This document shows, piece by piece, positions 56,701-61,296 of a DNA stretch of 61,296 bases (position 1 is its first letter; each line of letters begins with the position of its first letter). Made by a program: the position numbers and the translations under genes. The notes below the pieces were generated by a model, which was given only the letters and a program-made list of their open reading frames with translations, searched no databases and had not been told where the DNA came from. Source of the DNA: Candidatus Thorarchaeota archaeon (GTDB lineage: Archaea > Asgardarchaeota > Thorarchaeia > Thorarchaeales > Thorarchaeaceae); contig JAGSHN010000028.1 in the NCBI GenBank assembly GCA_029855935.1, forward strand, positions 1 to 61,296, in the 5' to 3' direction.

Positions 56701-57963
56701 ATGAGTCGTAGAGTCTGTATAGCAGGCGGTGCGACCACCCCATTTGGCTATCCGATGCATATCACTCCGGAGGCTATGATTGCCAACTGCGTCGTGGAGA
56801 CGCAGCATGACATTCCCGATTTTCATCTTCGGGACATACAGTTCATGGTGTACTCTCACTTCAGTGTGCACTTTGGCAAGCAGTTGTGTCCGGAGTGGAT
56901 TGTGCATGACCATCTGGGCTTGGTCGGAGTTCCCCACTTCCGGGTGGAGAACGGCGGAAACACGGGTGGCTCAGCCCTGTACGCAGCATTCCTCGCTGTC
57001 AAGTCCGGGATGTTCGATGTCGTCGGCGTGGCAGGTTGGGAAACGATGGACAACGTGACCCAGTCGCAGGGTTCTGAGTTCATCGCTCTTGCCTCGGACA
57101 CGCGCTACGAGGCCCTTGCCGGGGGCATCTACCCAATCTACTACGCGGCAATGGCGTACAAGTTCATGAAAGAGCATGACCTCCGCGAGGAGGACTTTGC
57201 ACTTGCTGCGATAAAGAACCGGAACTATGCCGTTGACAATCCGAAGTCCCAGTGGTATCGTGGCGAGTATCGGAAGTACAAGCGTGACCTGACGGTCGAG
57301 GACGTCATGAAGAGCCGGCTGATCAGCTACCCGCTCAAGAGATACGACTGCTGTCTGATGAGTCGTGGTGGGGCATTTGCTCTCGTCACCACCGAGGAGT
57401 GGGCGAAGAAGCACAGTGACGGCAAGTATGTCGTCATCGATGGTGCTGGCCTCAGTAGCTGCACAATTCGAGCGGGCGACAGACTGGCGTTTCCGGGCTG
57501 GACCGAACGCTATGGCGAGGGGTATCCGGACATGACAGAGTTCGCCGCGTGCCGTAGTTCCGGCGAGATGGCGTACAAGATGGCCGGCATCGACTTCAAG
57601 CGGGCCTACAAGGAGATAGATGTTGCAGAGATACACGACGCTTTCAGCTCCTCTGAGGTGCAGATCTATAAGGCGTTGTATTGGTGTGACAAAGAAAACA
57701 TCAAGGAGTTCCTGCGAGAACGCCGGACGTTCATGGAGGGCGACCTCCCGGTCAATCCCGGCGGCGGCCTGATGGGCTTCGGTCATCCTGTTGGTGCGAC
57801 GGGCATTATGTCAGCAATCGAAGCGTACTATCAGCTGACAGACCAGATACCCAAGAAGCACTTCAGTTCGAAGACCTACGTCCGCGATGCGCAGACCGCG
57901 CTGGTGAACAGCCACGCTGGCACAGGGACCAGCATCTCAAACTTCATTCTGAGGAGGCCGTGA
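56701..57963 (+). CDS. Thiolase-superfamily protein, nucleophilic Cys absent
   Basis: VENGGNTGG, GWETM, DCC, EIHDAF, VNPGGG..GHPVGATG. Confidence 0.88.
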   Translation: MSRRVCIAGGATTPFGYPMHITPEAMIANCVVETQHDIPDFHLRDIQFMVYSHFSVHFGKQLCPEWIVHDHLGLVGVPHFRVENGGNTGGSALYAAFLAVKSGMFDVVGVAGWETMDNVTQSQGSEFIALASDTRYEALAGGIYPIYYAAMAYKFMKEHDLREEDFALAAIKNRNYAVDNPKSQWYRGEYRKYKRDLTVEDVMKSRLISYPLKRYDCCLMSRGGAFALVTTEEWAKKHSDGKYVVIDGAGLSSCTIRAGDRLAFPGWTERYGEGYPDMTEFAACRSSGEMAYKMAGIDFKRAYKEIDVAEIHDAFSSSEVQIYKALYWCDKENIKEFLRERRTFMEGDLPVNPGGGLMGFGHPVGATGIMSAIEAYYQLTDQIPKKHFSSKTYVRDAQTALVNSHAGTGTSISNFILRRP

Positions 57964-57968
57964 GAGAG

Positions 57969-58631
57969 ATGGTTGAGGACAAGAGACTACACAAGATCCC
58001 GGATGAACCGGTCGAGTACCCCGACAAGCACAGCAACGACTTCAGAGGTGAGGTCAAGGAGTGGGGCTTCCACTTCTGCGGGTACGACTGGGACCCTGCG
58101 GAGGAGCAGTTCAAGATCTATCTGCACTATGACCAGCTCTACTACTGGAAGCTGGCCGAGATCTCCAAGATGGCACGCGGCTTCCTCGACGGCGAGCTCT
58201 GGGGCACCCAATGCCCCAAGTGCGGTGACAAGTTCTTCCCGCCACGCGTCAACTGCTGGAACCTCGACTGCGAGCTTGAGAAGACCGAGTGGGTGAGGCT
58301 CAAGCCAGAGGGCCATGTCCACACATTCACAATCGCCGGATGGAGCGGCAAGTCCTCTCTGAAGCGACTGCCGTTTGTCTTGGCGTACGTGGTCATCGAC
58401 GGCTGCAAGACTGCGGTTGCCAACGAACTGCGTGGGCTCGATCCGTGGGATGCCGAGTTCGGCATGCCCGTCAAGGTGGTCTGGGCGCCCAAGGAACAGC
58501 GACGTGGCGCCATCACAGACTTCTGGTTCGAGCCTGCTGATGGCTGGAAGCCCTCGCCGATGACTCCCGAGAAGGAGCGCATCAAAGAGCTCTGTCAGCC
58601 TGTCTACGAGTGGGTCAAGACCCTGAAATAG
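57969..58631 (+). CDS. DUF35 Zn-ribbon/OB-fold thiolase partner
   Basis: CPKCG..FPPR..C, G.VHTFT, GMPVKVVW; directly downstream of the thiolase. Confidence 0.88.
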   Translation: MVEDKRLHKIPDEPVEYPDKHSNDFRGEVKEWGFHFCGYDWDPAEEQFKIYLHYDQLYYWKLAEISKMARGFLDGELWGTQCPKCGDKFFPPRVNCWNLDCELEKTEWVRLKPEGHVHTFTIAGWSGKSSLKRLPFVLAYVVIDGCKTAVANELRGLDPWDAEFGMPVKVVWAPKEQRRGAITDFWFEPADGWKPSPMTPEKERIKELCQPVYEWVKTLK

Positions 58632-58858
58632 GGTCACAGTATCCGATGAGGCATTGCCACTGCCTCATCACTCTTCTTTTCTCTTCATTCCCCTGGGCAC
58701 AACAGACTATGTCGTCTCCCTCTGGCTGCCACGTCTGAACGCTCAGCCAGTCAGGGTGGGAGCGGCCGGTCCGATTCACTTGGTTCCTCACCGTCGTCAT
58801 CCGTGTCATAAAGTCCATTAGCTTGCTCTGCACGCAGGGTTCAGTGGTGTGTGCTGAG

Positions 58859-60529
58859 ATGAGAGTCGGACTTGCGCAGGTGAACCCGACTGTCGGAGAC
58901 ATAGAGGGTAACACCGGTCTCGTTATACGCTACCTCAATCGGGCACGAAACAGTGGAGTTCACATTGTGGCATTTCCCGAGATGATTCTGACAGGCTATC
59001 CGCCTCAGGACTTGCTGTACGAGAGGCCATTCGTGAGAGCAAATAGAGAGGCCCTGAAGGCAATTGCTCCGCACACTGCGGACATAGTCGCGATAGTCGG
59101 GTTCGTTGACTACGACGATGACTGGCACATCTACAATGCAGCTGCCGTCTTCGAGAATGGTGTCCTGAAGCGAATCGTTCACAAGACCCTGCTGCCTACC
59201 TACGATGTCTTTGATGAGGCGAGATACTTCAGGCCCCAGCCGCCTGACGCAATTGCCCCCGTGGAGGTGACCACGGATGGACACGCTCTGCGTCTCGGTG
59301 TTGAGATCTGCGAGGATCTCTGGGATGAGGCGTATGACATCAAGGTGACAGACCTACTCTGTTCTCGGGGGGCGGAGATGGTCATCAACATCTCATCGTC
59401 GCCGTTCTATGTGGGCAAGCGCTTCGAGCGCCAGCGTCTCGTCACCGAGAAGGCCACAGAGAACCGAGTACCCGTCTTCCTGGTCAATCTTGTGGGTGGT
59501 CAAGACGAGCTGGTCTTCGATGGCCAGAGCCTTGGGGTGGATTCGGAGGGGCGCCTTGTTCTCCTGGGCCCACAGTTTGAGGAGGCTCTTCTCACGGTCG
59601 ACATCTCGTTTCCTGGGGGGACTGCGACACCCATAGACGAGCCCGAGTACGACGAGGTCGCAGAGATGTTCGGAGCTCTGGTGCTGGGTCTGAGAGACTA
59701 TTTCCGAAAGACGGGCTTCAAGCGAGCGGTACTGGGCCTCAGTGGCGGAATAGACTCCTCGGTGACAGCATGTATTGCCGCCGAGGCCCTTGGTCCCGAG
59801 AATGTCATCGGTCTCTCTCTGCCATCGAGATACTCCAGCGATCACAGCAAGACGGACGCTGAACAGCTTGCTGATAATCTCGGCATAACTTTCCTGACCA
59901 TACCTATTCAGAGGATTGTCGACACGTTTCACGAGGTGATGGAGGAGCCGCTGGAGCGTCTCAGGACAATCTTCGGAGTTGACAGGTCTGCAGACGATCC
60001 CGTGGCCGACGAGAATATCCAGCCCCGGGTTCGCGGGAACATTCTGATGGACATATCCAACAGACTGCGCGACCTGCGTATTCTGGTGCTCAACACGGGT
60101 AACAAGACGGAGCTCGCTCTCGGATACTGTACACTCTATGGCGACCTCACTGGCGGTATTGGTGTGATAGGCGATGTCAGCAAGCTGGAGGTCTACGATC
60201 TTGCGAGGTACATCAACCGACGAGCTGGTCGCGAGGTCATCCCGCAGAGCTGCATCACGAAACGCCCGTCGGCGGAGCTGAGGGAGGGACAGTTCGACCC
60301 GTTCGACTTTGACATTGTCAGTCCTCTTGTCGACGACATAGTCGAGCTCCGCCTTGGCCGACAGGAGCTCATAGAGAAGGGCTATCCGCCCCGTGTGGTC
60401 GATGACGTATACTCCCGCATAAGACGAGCAGAGTACAAGAGGTGGCAGGCACCTCCGTGCATCAAGATCACTCGCAAGGCGTTCGGCATAGGCTGGAAGA
60501 TGCCCATCGTGAATCATTACAGGGGGTGA
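58859..60529 (+). CDS. nadE: Glutamine-dependent NAD+ synthetase
   Basis: Nitrilase domain (FPEM, EICED), SGGIDS, ENIQ.R.RG, TGNKTE, YGD, PSAEL. Confidence 0.95.
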   Translation: MRVGLAQVNPTVGDIEGNTGLVIRYLNRARNSGVHIVAFPEMILTGYPPQDLLYERPFVRANREALKAIAPHTADIVAIVGFVDYDDDWHIYNAAAVFENGVLKRIVHKTLLPTYDVFDEARYFRPQPPDAIAPVEVTTDGHALRLGVEICEDLWDEAYDIKVTDLLCSRGAEMVINISSSPFYVGKRFERQRLVTEKATENRVPVFLVNLVGGQDELVFDGQSLGVDSEGRLVLLGPQFEEALLTVDISFPGGTATPIDEPEYDEVAEMFGALVLGLRDYFRKTGFKRAVLGLSGGIDSSVTACIAAEALGPENVIGLSLPSRYSSDHSKTDAEQLADNLGITFLTIPIQRIVDTFHEVMEEPLERLRTIFGVDRSADDPVADENIQPRVRGNILMDISNRLRDLRILVLNTGNKTELALGYCTLYGDLTGGIGVIGDVSKLEVYDLARYINRRAGREVIPQSCITKRPSAELREGQFDPFDFDIVSPLVDDIVELRLGRQELIEKGYPPRVVDDVYSRIRRAEYKRWQAPPCIKITRKAFGIGWKMPIVNHYRG

Positions 60530-60550
60530 GGCAGCAGATGCTACTCAATC

Positions 60551-61129
60551 TCAGAACATCGACTGCTCGATGATCTCACGAGTGACCAGGTGCGACTCGT
60601 CACATGCGGTCAGCAGCTCGTCGTGCGCTCTCGTCCTTATCCGCTCGTCCTCGTCGTAGCAGGAGGCATAGTACAGAATTGTCACGACACCAGCATACTT
60701 CGCAGCCTGAACAGCTGGAACAAGATCACTGTCACCTGTCACGAGGACTGCGGTACGAATCTGTTGCGACCAGCTCATCCGAACTAGGTCGACTGACATC
60801 AGGACGTCGACGCGCTTCTGAACGTATTCTCCCGTGGTGCTGTCATATGCAAGTCGGCCAAGCCTGACGTCAAACCGGTTCAGCCGTCTGATTGCGTTGA
60901 GAAATCTCTGATGGTTCTCGTACCTTGCCTGCTGCTCCGCGCTCGGATGCTCATCTCGATAGGGTAGGCAGTCATAGACGTACGTTCTAAACCTCTCGGT
61001 CCCCTCTGTGACAATATCCGAGAACCTCTCGAAGTCGATTCTCGGCTCATCGAAGCAATACTTCAATATCTTTGCGAAGAAACCAAGATCAATGAGAACA
61101 GCGGACCTCTCCAATATTTTCCCGTCCAA
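60551..61129 (-). CDS. NYN domain (PIN-like) protein
   Basis: VLIDLG, QKRVDV..SVD, LVTGDSDLVPAV, L...CD. Confidence 0.88.
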   Translation of the reverse strand: MDGKILERSAVLIDLGFFAKILKYCFDEPRIDFERFSDIVTEGTERFRTYVYDCLPYRDEHPSAEQQARYENHQRFLNAIRRLNRFDVRLGRLAYDSTTGEYVQKRVDVLMSVDLVRMSWSQQIRTAVLVTGDSDLVPAVQAAKYAGVVTILYYASCYDEDERIRTRAHDELLTACDESHLVTREIIEQSMF

Positions 61130-61296
61130 TCAATTGAGACAGACTCGACACGTACTTCGCGTGACAAGAGAGTCATCCATACGTGTGTGTGCCCGGACTT
61201 AATACTATTCTTGCATGAAGCGACTCTTCGGCGGGTCACGCGGTCTTTCGAAACACCACATAACAGTAGAGCTTATTAGTTCCTATGTCAAGGGGA

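Noticed and set aside
1-61296. rRNA, tRNA, CRISPR array, transposase or integrase
   Set aside because: No cloverleaf, regularly spaced repeats or recombinase motifs were recognised by eye. A tRNAscan/Infernal run would be needed to exclude small RNAs.

Overview
Gene-dense, GC-rich archaeal chromosome segment. It is most consistent with an Asgard archaeon (Thorarchaeia-like), inferred from longin-domain proteins, a longin-Arf-like GTPase fusion, TATA-type promoters and archaeal thiolase/DUF35 pairs. Housekeeping content: a B12 methylmalonyl-CoA mutase/MeaB/epimerase operon, BirA, a carboxyltransferase + pyruvate carboxyltransferase + biotin carrier set (transcarboxylase-like), arsR-acr3, RNase HIII, a leuBCD/homoaconitase-like operon, a GH36 galactosidase, panB, a glnA-like gene, Gln-dependent nadE and two Cys-less thiolases. 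The best candidate for an undescribed system is a co-oriented 12 kb cluster (16774-28807). It encodes a uDENN/longin + winged-helix protein, a 2354-aa single-pass surface protein with a ~240-aa cytoplasmic tail, a longin-Arf-like GTPase fusion, a steadiness-box-like small protein, two coiled-coil proteins and a small wHTH protein, which together suggest a receptor/adhesin-coupled small-GTPase membrane-remodelling module. A second eukaryote-like neighbourhood (44631-51785) holds a Site-1-protease-like subtilase, a P-type ATPase with a non-canonical transport site and a membrane-anchored UFL1/DDRGK1-like tandem winged-helix protein. All family calls come from motif recognition by eye; no searches were run. 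No rRNA, tRNA, CRISPR array or transposase was recognised.
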